From Octopus vulgaris (lineage: Eukaryota): a stretch of 64,000 nt of DNA. The translations under genes and the position numbers were made by a program. Below, one piece after another: positions 52,780 through 64,000 of this stretch. The notes beneath the pieces were generated by a model that worked only from the letters and a program-made list of their open reading frames with translations, had not been told where the DNA came from and searched no databases. Position 1 is the first letter of the stretch. Each line of letters opens with the position of its first letter. The stretch covers positions 18,290,001 through 18,354,000 of the forward strand of contig OX597837.1 of NCBI GenBank assembly GCA_951406725.2, in the 5' to 3' direction.

Positions 52780-53420
52780 CTGGTGCGTAACATAGGATAA
52801 ATCTCTAAAGAAACCATACCGGCGGCTAGTGAAACAGATCAAAGTTTTAAAAACAGTCATTTATAACCAACTTCATAATTTTCCAGATGCCAATAGAATA
52901 AGAATTGACAATCTCAGAGAGGTTTGTTTTGTATAAAGTACTTATAGTTTTCCAGAGATACTCAGAGAGAAATTTTAAAGAGTTAAGTGATGAGAGAGAC
53001 CACCTCAAAAGTACAATGTTTGAAGGTGATTGATGAAAAAAAGTATCATGACTATTCTCCACAAGGTGATTGTGAGTAATGCAGTAAAAAGGAACTAAAA
53101 ATGGAAATGAGTTCAGGTAGTGTTAATGAGTTTGTAATGGGTGCAACTGACACAAAGTTGGTACCAAATGTGACAGCTTTTTCAAAAGAAGCATGGCTTG
53201 CTCAGTCATTCTAGTAGGAAATTCAGATCAAGATTGTGCAAAGTTTGTAGAGATCCTCTTCGCAAGGAATGAGAAAAGTCCAATTACAATTTAGAAGTAA
53301 AAAGAACTTGAAGTGCACAAGGACATTTTCTGCCTGAATATCATCTTGTAAGTGTTGTAGTGGTGGATGTATGCCCCCATTGGGTGATAGTAGGGGATTT
53401 CTTCCAGATGTTGAGTGAAT
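52780..53420 (-). mobile_element. Very decayed LINE endonuclease-region fragment (CR1/L2-like)
   Basis: Remnant minus-strand motifs LHNL...FPTR, HYKLINT, PVWF in the order expected downstream of an APE domain. Confidence 0.4.
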
Positions 53421-55098
53421 TTGGAGTTGTAGACTTTTGTGTAAGGAATATGGAAAGAGACATAGAAAGGAGAATAGTTTCAGCCTTCAACTTTCTTATC
53501 TTGAATATATCCGAGACAAATACATTCGCAACCAAGGGCAGTAAGCATAAAAAGTAACAAAGATACAACCAATCGGTTAACTTAAATTAGGAGACCTGTT
53601 TGAGTGGCAGTAAATATGTAGCAGAAAAATTTGGCTCTGTATTTTAAAGGAAGAAACAGAAGGAAATGACTTTTTAGATAAAAAAAAAAAGTAATTCAGA
53701 AAAGTATAACAGCTTCATTTGGGTTACAGATATTTTAAAATAATATTTTGAAGTAATTTGCTGTGTTAGAAGATCATTTTGAGAAAACTTTCAATTTAAC
53801 TAAAAAGTTTTAAAGTTTTATAAATTGTAGAATTTTTAATGTCAACAACTTGTTTTAATATCAACAACTTATATAAATGACTATATATGTAGTTTCAATG
53901 TACAATCACAATAGTCAGAATAATACAACAGTCATATTCAGGCAGTATTTAATTTATAAACACACACACACATTCACTGTGACAGCTACTTAAAGATAAA
54001 CCTAAAATGGCCCAAACTTATATCGTTTTAATTTGCATGGATGAATTCAGGTGCAGATCAAAGACTGAAGGCAAATGTGTTTAAAATTTACAAAATACAC
54101 CTTATAAATTATAGATATAGACAAAATTCATTTGCCATGGATGGTGGCATGTTCAAATAAAGTTAATTTATAATCAACCCTTCCTTTTAATTAACAAGTT
54201 ATCAAAAGACATACTTGTGTGTAGGATTAAACAATTTAAGTAAATCCAACGTTTCTTAGAAAGGAGTATAAGACAGATTTTTTTCTTTTTTTACTCCTCT
54301 CTTATCTTTTAATATTTCTGTGTATTAAGTTCCAATGCATAAGGGTTTATCAACGAGGCGAGAAGTAAAGGCTGTGAGAGTGGAAAATCAAGTCAACATA
54401 CAAAGAAAACACAAGATTGTCAACATTGGTAAACATTCTTCAGAGTTAGAAATAAAACCAATACTGTTATTTATCAAAATTGGTTAAGCACTTGTCAACA
54501 ACGTTAGTAACATTTTTCATTACTGGCCAATTGTCAACATCACGGAGTGGTTATCGACAGCAGTAACTCGCAGTTAAATATCCTGTCACTCACGGCCTTT
54601 TCCGTTTAGTGTTGGATTCATGTCGAGCTCAACCTTTTTTTCATTATTTTCTAGATTCGATAAAAGTACCGGTCATGTACTGGTGTAGATTTGATCGATT
54701 CCTTTCCAGAATGTGTGTCTTGTGAATATGTAAGAGATCGAATTTGTTTATGAAAGTCTGTGAAAATTGCAGTAAACCAATATATAAATTCCAGAAGTGA
54801 ATATGGAAAGCAAGCCATTTACATACTTTCATTTCATTCAGAGATTACCTGCCAGAAAATATCTCACATATTTCTAACCAATGTTAGACGTTCCGCGGGA
54901 GATTCTCATACTGTCTTCACTGCAAATCCTATCTCGTTTCAAACAAATCAGTAAAGACGTTTATAGAATATATATTCCATAACTAAATCACATTAAACCA
55001 TCTATTTGATGATATTGGGATTGAAATGTGGTTAAATCGTCTTTTTTTTTATTATTCCCGAGGAAAAGAAAACAAGATGAGAGTCAGTTTGAGGGAGT

Positions 55099-55488
55099 TC
55101 AAATTGTAAACATTCCATAAGTTATATCACCAATCACTCCACTCAGGAGTAACCAAAATGGTATCAGGACAAAGTATAATGTCATGGTGGGGTAATTCTG
55201 TAGTTTCAAGCAGATTAAAACTTGGAAAACTATTTTGAGTAAAGCACTTACTATAAACCAAAGTTTTCTTTTCATTGTCATGTTAGACTCGCTGAGGTCG
55301 AAATTGTTCTTGCATTGCATTATCATACTGACTGTGATGTAGATAATACAAACACCATCGAACACCCAGAGTGGGATGAAAATTAGGAACCAATTCCAAC
55401 TAACCCTTTCGTCTAAACGCAACACAAGTAAGACTAAAAACACGAGAACGATGAACCAAGTGAACAAAGCTTTATGAAGCAGCGCCAT
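55099..55488 (-). CDS. TMEM60: Transmembrane protein 60 (TMEM185/TMEM60 family), single coding exon
   Basis: FTW..LVFLVLLVLRLDE..WNWFLIFIPLWVFD...KRKLWF...LLKIVF..LICLKL...VLIPFWLLL matches vertebrate TMEM60 in motifs and length (129 aa). Confidence 0.9.
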   Translation of the reverse strand: MALLHKALFTWFIVLVFLVLLVLRLDERVSWNWFLIFIPLWVFDGVCIIYITVSMIMQCKNNFDLSESNMTMKRKLWFIVSALLKIVFQVLICLKLQNYPTMTLYFVLIPFWLLLSGVIGDITYGMFTI

Positions 55489-55568
55489 TTTATAATTATT
55501 TTATTAATCTCTTATGCGAAAGAGCTCTAGAAGTAGGGGGGAAAAAACAAATGCAATCTGAAACTCCC

Positions 55569-55630
55569 ACTTCCGGTAGGTTGGACATGCCAGCAGATTA
55601 AGAAAGAAAAATCTATATTAACTTCCCGGT
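55569..55630 (-). promoter_or_regulatory. ETS-type sites in the putative TMEM60 proximal promoter
   Basis: ACTTCCGGT at 55569-55577 (ACCGGAAGT on the minus strand) and a variant at 55621-55630, 80-140 bp upstream of the ATG; locally elevated CpG. Confidence 0.5.
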
Positions 55631-56622
55631 TCCTCTTCAGCACTTTTCATATCCTGTTCCACACGCTGCACTATGTCAGTGGACAAAGTATTGAACTCTT
55701 ACTTCAGTTTTACTTCGTCATATAAATTATGTGATCTGCTACTGATAACATCCGAACCTTACTGTATTCGATTATCTTGGGATGGTCTCAGCTAGAATAG
55801 CTTTGATCAGAGTTGACGTAGGGTTAAACGACAGCTATCGATTTATCTTTCTTCAATCTAAAAATTATTTTAATTAGGATCTGAACAAGTTACAATAAAA
55901 AATAAGGACTCGAGCGGTTTCGCATCATAAGGGAGATCACTCTTCATACACAAGCAGGTGCCTTATTTCTTCGCTAATTTCAAAGGCGTCGGATGAAATG
56001 TGTTTTTTCTCCCAGTTCTTTACATTTTCAGCCCAAATCTCTTTTTACCTTTCATATTTTGGGGATTTTATGAAATAAATTACCAATCAAGTATTGGAGT
56101 CGATGTACTCGATGACTTTTGCCTAAATGAGAAATTATTCTTCGAAGGATAGAACAAACTGAGGGAAGTAAAGAATACACACACCACATATTTTAGGCGT
56201 AAAACTAATCCTAAACCCTAACCCCAACCCTAAACACCGGGTGGGGGCGTATTGTTTACCTTCGCCAAACAAACTTCTATATATCTGAATCAATTCGTTA
56301 CACTTTTTATTAAAAACAAAACCGTAATTTACAGACGCGATTGAACGGAGCAAAAATATTTAACGAAAAAGTATTTTGAAGAACTCAATTTTTAAATTAT
56401 TCAACAGTTTTCATAAGACATTGATTTAGTTAACAAATACTGTCAAGATACTGGCGTTCATCTTTAAAAAAGAAGAAAACCTAGAGGTTAGGTTGATATA
56501 TTTCCATTGCGGGGCTAAAAATGTCTGAGCTCAATGAAACTGATGAATATTTTAAATAGATTTAGGCTCTTTATAGATGAGGGGGCTAAATTAGGATTGG
56601 CGTTTTGAACATTCTATAGATG

Positions 56623-57298
56623 GCCGTGGTCACCATTATAGTGGTCTGTGGTGCATGTTGTGTGACCATCTAATACCGACTCGTATCAGAAGGCTGAAAT
56701 AATACATATAATGTGCCAGTTGGAAAAGAGAAGAGACACAGCTGAGTAGAAGGCTTATGAAAGATTTATTGATATATCTACATGCATCTGTGTGGGTTGT
56801 ATGTTTGCTGTTAACCATGGTGAAGTAGTTTACGAACAGCACTATGTTAGAACCTGTGCAGTGTTGCTGATGTCATGTACATAGAGATGTTGGTGTGAGA
56901 CATGATGGTGGTGACGAAGACAGAGGTCGCCATAATGCTGTTGGACAGGTGCCGTTTGGTGTTGTCGTTGGAACTGGCTGTGTCATGTAGTCAGTGGCTA
57001 GACCTTAGAAGGTCTGGAACTAAAAGACTAAGATGTGGAGGAGTTGAGTTTTTATAAGTAACACTAAGCTCAAAATTGGAGTTGCGAACAGACTGTCTCG
57101 TGATTTATTTGGAGGCTGTGATTGGTTAGGTTGCATATTGGCATGACAGTGTAAGAGACAAATTGTGCCAATACCAACCAATCAGAGTGGTGGACACAAT
57201 GGGTTCTAAATAGCGTCCAAAGGTTAGCTGTTATCTGCTATGTTTGAATGTATGTATATATAATATAGGAAAGGAATTTCACTAGAGTGTACACTACA
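56623..57298 (-). mobile_element. LTR retrotransposon 5' LTR (~660 bp) plus tRNA-Trp-like primer-binding site; internal region missing
   Basis: Minus strand begins TGTAGTG (57298) and ends CACTATA (56637); after 1 nt comes TGGTGACCACGGC. CCAAT boxes at about 57121-57142, TATAAAA at 57050-57056, AATAAA at 56765-56770. Confidence 0.7.
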
Positions 57299-57797
57299 AT
57301 TCTCTAACCCTGGTTTCCAACCTTTTCAATCAAGCTGCACTTTTGAATGAATAAAACTTTTGGCACAATTTGTTTAGAAGGTAAAAAAAAAAACAGGTGC
57401 TTCTATAATTTATGAAAGATTGTATTGCTGGTATGTGGATCATGGAATGCTGCTGGAAAATATTGAGAAATTAGAAATAGCATAGCGAGGACATGTGGCC
57501 TAGTGGTTAGAGGTGTTGGGCTCGCAATCATAGGGTTGTGGACTGGGTGGTGCATTATTTCTTTGGCAGACCACTTCATTTTACATTGCTCTAATCCACT
57601 CAGCTGAAAATGCATAGCAACCAAGAGATAGTGCAATCCCTTCTCTCTCTCTCTCTCCAGCTGTCATCCTCAATGTTTTGTTGGATCAAGGTTGGAAGGG
57701 CTGAGGTATTACGTTAGCCTGCAACTAGATAGCCATGTAAAACAATTAGCAAAAGTAGAATACATGCTAATGAGTCACATATTCTTTTTAGCTAGAT

Positions 57798-59600
57798 TAT
57801 AATAATAATAATAATGAAATTATTGTATACAGTGCTCAGGTGCACCACAACTTGTCAAAAGTGCGTATAAAGCATATGCAGCAATGTACAAATGTCTGGA
57901 AAGCGAACAGTGTATGAGTCAGATACATGCTTGTGTGTGTATGGAGGGCAGAAAATCAGGTGTAGTGTTGGCGAATCTCAGGAAGCATGGAAGTTTTGAA
58001 GGATGCAGTGCTCCGACAACTAACAACTGATGCTGGCAGTTTGTTCCATGCTTCAGCAACTCTTAGCGTGAAAAAATGTTTCCGAAAGTCATGGGAGCTG
58101 TGCTGCTTTCTGACTTTGTAAACATGTCCCTGGGTGTTAGACGGGTGGAGTTTGAAAAGGTGCTCAGAGTTATTGTTTGTAAGATGGTTAATAATTTTAT
58201 GGGTGTCTGCCAAGTCAGCTGCCAGATGTCGGAGTTTCAATGTATCCATGCCCAGGGAAGTAAGGTGTTCAGAATATGGCAAATGCCTGATGGAGAGTAT
58301 TCTCTTGGTTGCATGTCACTGAACGGCTTCCAGACAATTAATATCCTGGGCAAGATAGGGGTTTTAGACCGGTGATGCAAATTCCAGGTGAGGTTGCACC
58401 ATAGCTATATAAAGCCGCAGATAGATAGCCAGAGAGTGTCTCACAAAGGACTTGGTGAGTGATGCCAAGACACCCTCAGCCTTCTTGGAAATTTTAGCAA
58501 TGTGTTTTGTCCAACGCAAATTGCTGTCGACAATAATACCCAGGTCATGTTCACAAGAAGACTTTTTGAGATTAGTGTTGTGGAGGGAGTAAGTAGACGC
58601 TGGGTTTTTCCTCCCAAAATGCATGGTGGTACATTTGTCCACAGCTGGCTTGAGTTGCCAGTACATAACCCACTGCTGCATTGTGTCCAGGTCAGATTGC
58701 AGTAAAGATCTATAGTGTACAGGATCTGACCTCCTTATTTCGAGGTACAGCTTGATGTCATCTGCATATTTCAGCACTGGCATTCTTTAAGTTGGCATAT
58801 ATGCAACAAATAAAAGGGGGCCAAGAACAGATCCCTGTGGTACACCAGATGTCATCTCATAGGGTGAAGAGTGCTGTCTTAAAACTGTGACAACCTCTTT
58901 TCGGCTGATAAAGGACTTCAACCAGTTATAGAGATCGTCTCTTACACCCATTGCAGAATTTCACCATAAGCAAAGTCCAGGTAAACAACATCCACCCAGG
59001 ATCTGCAATCAGTGATTTGGGTAATGTCCTCAAGATGGAGATGGAACATTTTGATCTTCAACAGTAAAGATGCCTGCATAGAATCCAGCAATGATTTCTG
59101 CACGTTCTTTGGGATTGCCAGAAATCTGCCCTGCGAGGGGATCAACTGGAGAGTGAGGTTTCTGCTTTGAATGTACATACTTCCAGAACACTTTGCTGTC
59201 AAGGTTGGTTGCTATGCACTGTTCAAATTCAAGTACTGCCTTTTTTGTCACCTGCTTGAGATGGTTGGCTGATCTATTGTGCTTTTTTCCTGTTGATCTC
59301 TGATTTGTGCAATTTGTATTCCTGTTCAGCATTACGGCATTCTTTCCTGGCAAGTCGGACTGCTGCAGTCTCCCAAATTGCACTATTGGGTGGTTTTTTG
59401 TGCTTGCATGGTACCGATGCTGCACATGCCGCCCATATTGAATTCAGAATGTTCTGAAGTATAGTGTTCACATCTTCAGAGGCATAAAATTCGAGCCAGT
59501 TTGGGCGTCACAGCTCGGTACAATAAGAGCTCCAGTCTGCTTTATTCCAGTCAAAGCAGGCAGTTTGAAGATGGTTGTGGTTTTTGTTACAACCAATCAG
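57798..59600 (-). mobile_element. Decayed, internally deleted CR1-like LINE with a (TTA)n tail
   Basis: VDVVYLDF, SGVPQGSVLGP, KYADDIKL, HDLGIIVD, FRKHFFTLRVAEAWNKLP. Confidence 0.9.
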
Positions 59601-60591
59601 AGACAAGATTGTAGTATGTATTGATTTTTTATCTTTATATAATGATAATTTCACATTTTGGCTCAAGGCCAGCAGTTTCAGAGAAGGGACTAAGTTGGTT
59701 ACATTGACTCCACTGCATAACAGGTACTTATTTTATCAACCCCAAAAAAGATGAAAAAGCAAAGTTGATCTTAGCAGAATTTGAACTCAGAATGTACAGA
59801 TGAACAAAATGCCACTAAGGATTTTGCTTGGTCTCCTAGTGATTCTGCCAGCTCACCTCTTTCAATCTCTATTTAATAATAGCCGATGTATTTGTTGGTT
59901 GTTTGACTGATTGCTTTCTCCTGTCATACCTTACAATGAATATGGAGGCGCATGGTTTAGTGGTTAGGGTGTCAGCACCATGATCGTAAGATTGTTGTTT
60001 CGATTCCTGGACCGGGCAATGAATTGTGTTCTTGAGCAAAACACTTCATTTCACATTGCTCCAGTTTACTCAGCTGGCAAAAATGAGTAACGCTGCGATG
60101 GACTGGAGTCCCGTCCAGCTGGGGAACACATACGCCATAGAAACCAGGAAACTGGACCCATGAGTCTGGCTAGGCTTTAAAAGGGTGCATAAGAAAAGAG
60201 AGATCCATACAGTGTTAACACAAGAGGTGAAAGTGTACATACTAGACTTGGTGGCTGGCAATGAGTAAAAGAATGTCACACATATACAGTGAGAAAGAGA
60301 GAATCAGAGACAGAGGGAGAAGAGAAGAGAGAGTAAATGGCAGAGTATGTATGGGAGAAGTTATAAAAATGAGAAATTAATTTTATATTAAGATAATAAA
60401 TATTTTGCATTCGAAAATTAGTATTCATTTCATAATTTGATATAAGAACCAAGAAATTTGATTGTGTATATACCATAATTCCTGATATTACCCATGGTGG
60501 GAAAAGGATATTTCTAAAGTTACACATTATATGAAAGATTACATTTTAATGCAAATATAAAAAACTTACTTCTGAGAGATAGTGTTTACAT

Positions 60592-62913
60592 CAGGGATGT
60601 CCAATCTTTTTTCCAAATTTATAAATTTAAGTATATTCACCAGGCCACAAAGGTACTTAGATATAAACTTTTTAAAAGTTCAAACTACAGTGAATATCTG
60701 CTTTTATGGTACTATTCTTTATTCTAAGAATGTTAGTTAAATGGCAATCACTCGGCTTTATTTCTTTCAGCAGTTTTGATGTTTTCCATACACGAAAAGA
60801 ATTGTTCACAGCAGTATGTACTACCCTACATGCACAATAGCTTTCTAGCTAAATTGGCAATTTGATCAAATTCATTGAAAGAATGCAAGTTATTGTAAAA
60901 AAAGTCAAGATAAAAGTTTTGCAATTTCTTGTAAAAAGTCAAGATAAATTTTCAAAGATACTCTACTTTGATGTTCAATGAGTTCTTGCTGGTACTTGGC
61001 TGATGCTTCCACATAAATAAATGGAAATGGATCACTCAACAATTTTAGTTCACCTTCTATCTTTCTGAAGTCAGAAAATCTGGTTGTAACATCTTCTAAC
61101 AAAGCTTCACATAATTTAGTGTATTTTTCAAAGTTCACAGGAACTTCTTGTCTTTTAGATAAATTCTGAAAATGTACAATCTCTTCACCCTTCAACTGTA
61201 TTATGTAAAGTTCTAATTTCTTAGTAAAGCTTGTTATTCACTCAAACATTGAACAACATAACTGGTCTTTTCCTTGTAAATGCAAATTAAGTTCAGTTAA
61301 CATTCCAGTCATATCTACTAAGAAGGACACTTCATTCAACCATTCTTCATTTGCTTAAAAATCTACGTTTTGCTTTTTGTTTTGTATGAACTATTTTATT
61401 TCAGGCAACAATAATTGAAATCTATTCAAAGTTGTTGCTTGACTGAACCATCTGAATTTTGAGAAATAAATAACATCTTCATATTCACTGCCAAGTATGC
61501 TTTGAATGTATGATGGTTCAAACCCTGAGATCTGATAAAATTAACAACGTTCACAAAATCTGTGATCAACTGTTTCATGTTTAATTTTTGAGCACACAAT
61601 AGCTGTTGAAGAATCAAGCAATGATAGCTAAGTATATCATGATCAACCATTTCTTTGAATAAAGTAATAAACCCATTATTTTTAAAAGGTTAATGCAGGA
61701 GCACCATCAGTTGTAATCGAATTTTATTTCTATCATCATTGAACTTTTCCAATGTTAAATTAACACGCTCACTTTTGTCACTGCCTGTTGTTGTACCCTT
61801 CATATGACACATGTCTAACATTTCTTCCATGATATCAATTCCTCTGATGACAATTTGTGCAGTGTCACTTTGATTAGAACTTTTGTCCAATGCTAAATTG
61901 TAATGAACGCATTTAGATAATTGAGTCTGCAATGTACCCACAATACAGTCAGCTAAGTCATCAATTTTTTTACCAATTGTCTGATGCGACAGACTTGTTT
62001 CATTGAATGAATTCACCTTCTCGGGACAATATTCACTAAAAGCATTTACAATACATTCTTTTATTAATTCGCCATCTATCAGTGGCTTACCCTTCTGAGT
62101 CAATTTATCAGTTATTAAACAACTAACTTTTGCACATGTACCAGCTTTCCTAACATGTTTTTTGAAATTGTTTTGTTGTGAACTAAGCTTCTTCTTCAAT
62201 TCATCTCTTTTCATTTTCCCTCTTTCTCCAATTAATTCATTATATTATGACTCATGTTTGGTAGCATAATGACGCTTAATATTATATTCCTTGCCATACA
62301 CCAATTTTATCATTATATATGAGGCTGATAATATTATTGCATCATTTCAATTACGAAATATTTTTCTGTCCATTGGATATGGAATTTTCTCTTTTCTTTC
62401 TATTATTTTTCTCTTCTTAGTATCAGATGTCATGACCAAATAATGGGCTATTAAAATTAACAGCTAAATTATCACATAATCATGCTGATATTAATGATCC
62501 AGAAATCAGAGACTAATAAAGAATAAGTAGGCTCTTCCGCATAAAGCATTAGGCTTGGCCAAGACTAGAAACACTGAAGTACCACTGAAGACATTATCAC
62601 TTGACATTGTAAACAAGATTAGGAAATAACACAATCAATATTGATCCGACCACAAAAGATCTGAAACTGAAACAATGGCTGTTAATAATGCATCAACAAA
62701 ATGATGGCCTCCTTCATTTTACTTCCCTCTATTGAGGTTTTCATTGGTCCATTCAAAATAGCACACTCCAAGAATAATTTTCTCATCATACATTATCTAA
62801 GTAAATGAAAATATGACTAGAAAATAACACATAGAATTAGAATTTGAATCGCCAGTGGACTGCATGAGAATATTAAGTGGGTCACAATGCAGCCCATGGG
62901 CCAAACATCCCTA
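60592..62913 (-). mobile_element. Decayed full-length hAT transposon (Buster/SPIN group, GTF2IRD2-like transposase)
   Basis: TIRs cagggatgt / acatcccta; 8-bp TSD gtttacat / gtatacat (central TA). BED-like KEYNIKRHYATKH, LALDKS..DTAQ, TTGSD, HCLILQQLLCA motifs; several frameshifts. Confidence 0.9.
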
Positions 62914-63451
62914 GTATACATTTTACAAGAACATTTATGAACTAAAACATATGAAGAGGGAACAGATAGAGAAAATACCTATTTTTATATGGTTTCCTGC
63001 AAATTTTTTTTGTCTACCATTTTAATACAGCAAAACAGCATGGAAATGTTTAAAAAATTGTTACACTTAAATATGATATATTTGTAACATACAGTCTTCA
63101 AACTCTCTCTCCAAACACTCACATACACATGTGGTGGGTTGACAAAAATTGTTAGTATCTTAGACAAAATGTCTTGTGGAATTTACCTGCCATTTAGGTT
63201 TCAGGTCTCACCAAGGTTAACTTTACCTTTCATTCTTCTGTGGTTGATAAATTAAAGTACCAGTTAACTACTGGGCTGTGTAACTGTCTAACTTCCTATC
63301 TTTAGAATTGTTAGCCTTGTGTCTAAATCACAATTGTATTAAAGCCCCCCAAATCTTCACAAACTTTTATTCAGAGTTTCATGCGACAGTTGATCAGACA
63401 GTTATATGATGATACAGACACACATATACACTTGTGTATAAATATGCTTGT

Positions 63452-63452
63452 A

Positions 63453-63539
<87 letters not shown>

Positions 63540-63640
63540 TCATACATACATACGTACGTACATATATACATACATACGTATATATGTACATACATACATA
63601 CATACATCCATACATATAAACATATCTATCTATCTATCAA
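63452..63640. repeat. (TATC)n/(TACA)n tetranucleotide microsatellite
   Basis: Directly visible. Confidence 0.95.
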
Positions 63641-63664
63641 TTGCATCTGTTGGCCTTGAAAGAA

Positions 63665-64000
63665 CATGAATCTGTGCCTAGAGAGTTTTGTTTCAGCTGC
63701 TGATGGTGGTACAGCGTCTGTGGATGTACAGGCCCACATGGGAGTAGCAGTCTTGCACGCAGTCACTGCATTTGAAAATGCTCTCTTCCAATGCTACTGC
63801 ATTTCCCTTTCTTTGGTGGAAAGTCACTTTCTCTTCCCCTTGCATAGTACCCATCTCCAGTGGAGGCAATCATTAGCTACCACTTCCCATCTCAGGATGT
63901 CCAGATCTATTGACTTTATATCTCCCTTGCGGGTATCTTTGAAGCAAAGATGAGATTGTACTCTTGTGCCAGTGGCCAGTTTCCCATACAGGGAGTATTT
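63665..64000 (-). mobile_element. RTE/BovB-like LINE C-terminal fragment
   Basis: Minus strand LYGKLATGTR...FKDT.K.D.K...WE..A.D...WR and CYSHVGLY. Confidence 0.65.

Noticed and set aside
56205-56235. CCCTAA-like telomeric repeats
   Set aside because: Only 3-4 imperfect units; insufficient for an interstitial telomere call.
60905-62214. Domesticated GTF2IRD2/EPM2AIP1-like host gene
   Set aside because: Multiple stops and frameshifts, with TIRs and TSD retained: a dead transposon.

Overview
AT-rich, repeat-dense animal genomic DNA, most likely octopus or another coleoid cephalopod (inferred from the repeat families: RTE LINEs with (GAT)n tails, tRNA-derived SINEs, many TA/CA microsatellites). 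Three host genes are supported. (1) The last 8 coding exons of a p160 nuclear-receptor coactivator (NCOA/SRC/Taiman-like; + strand, 4865-18813), with clean GT-AG phases, polyQ tracts and a C-terminal SLLEQLLSD LxxLL motif. (2) An intact single-exon 439-aa CDS (- strand, 35713-37032) that aligns end to end with Ste24/ZMPSTE24 but has lost the HExxH zinc motif, making it a candidate pseudoprotease. (3) TMEM60 (- strand, 55099-55488), with an LTR plus tRNA-Trp-like PBS about 1.1 kb upstream in the same orientation. The rest is mostly decayed mobile DNA: CR1-like, RTE, Hero-like and Penelope-like retroelements; mariner, maT, hAT and Helitron DNA transposons; SINEs. Best leads: the dead Ste24 paralog, a non-circularly permuted hammerhead ribozyme with a complete core in a Hero-like 3' end, Penelope-type hammerheads, a PHD finger inside the RT core of the RTE family, and a 134-bp hairpin with one-sided CpG decay. 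All family assignments come from motif recognition by eye; no database searches were run.
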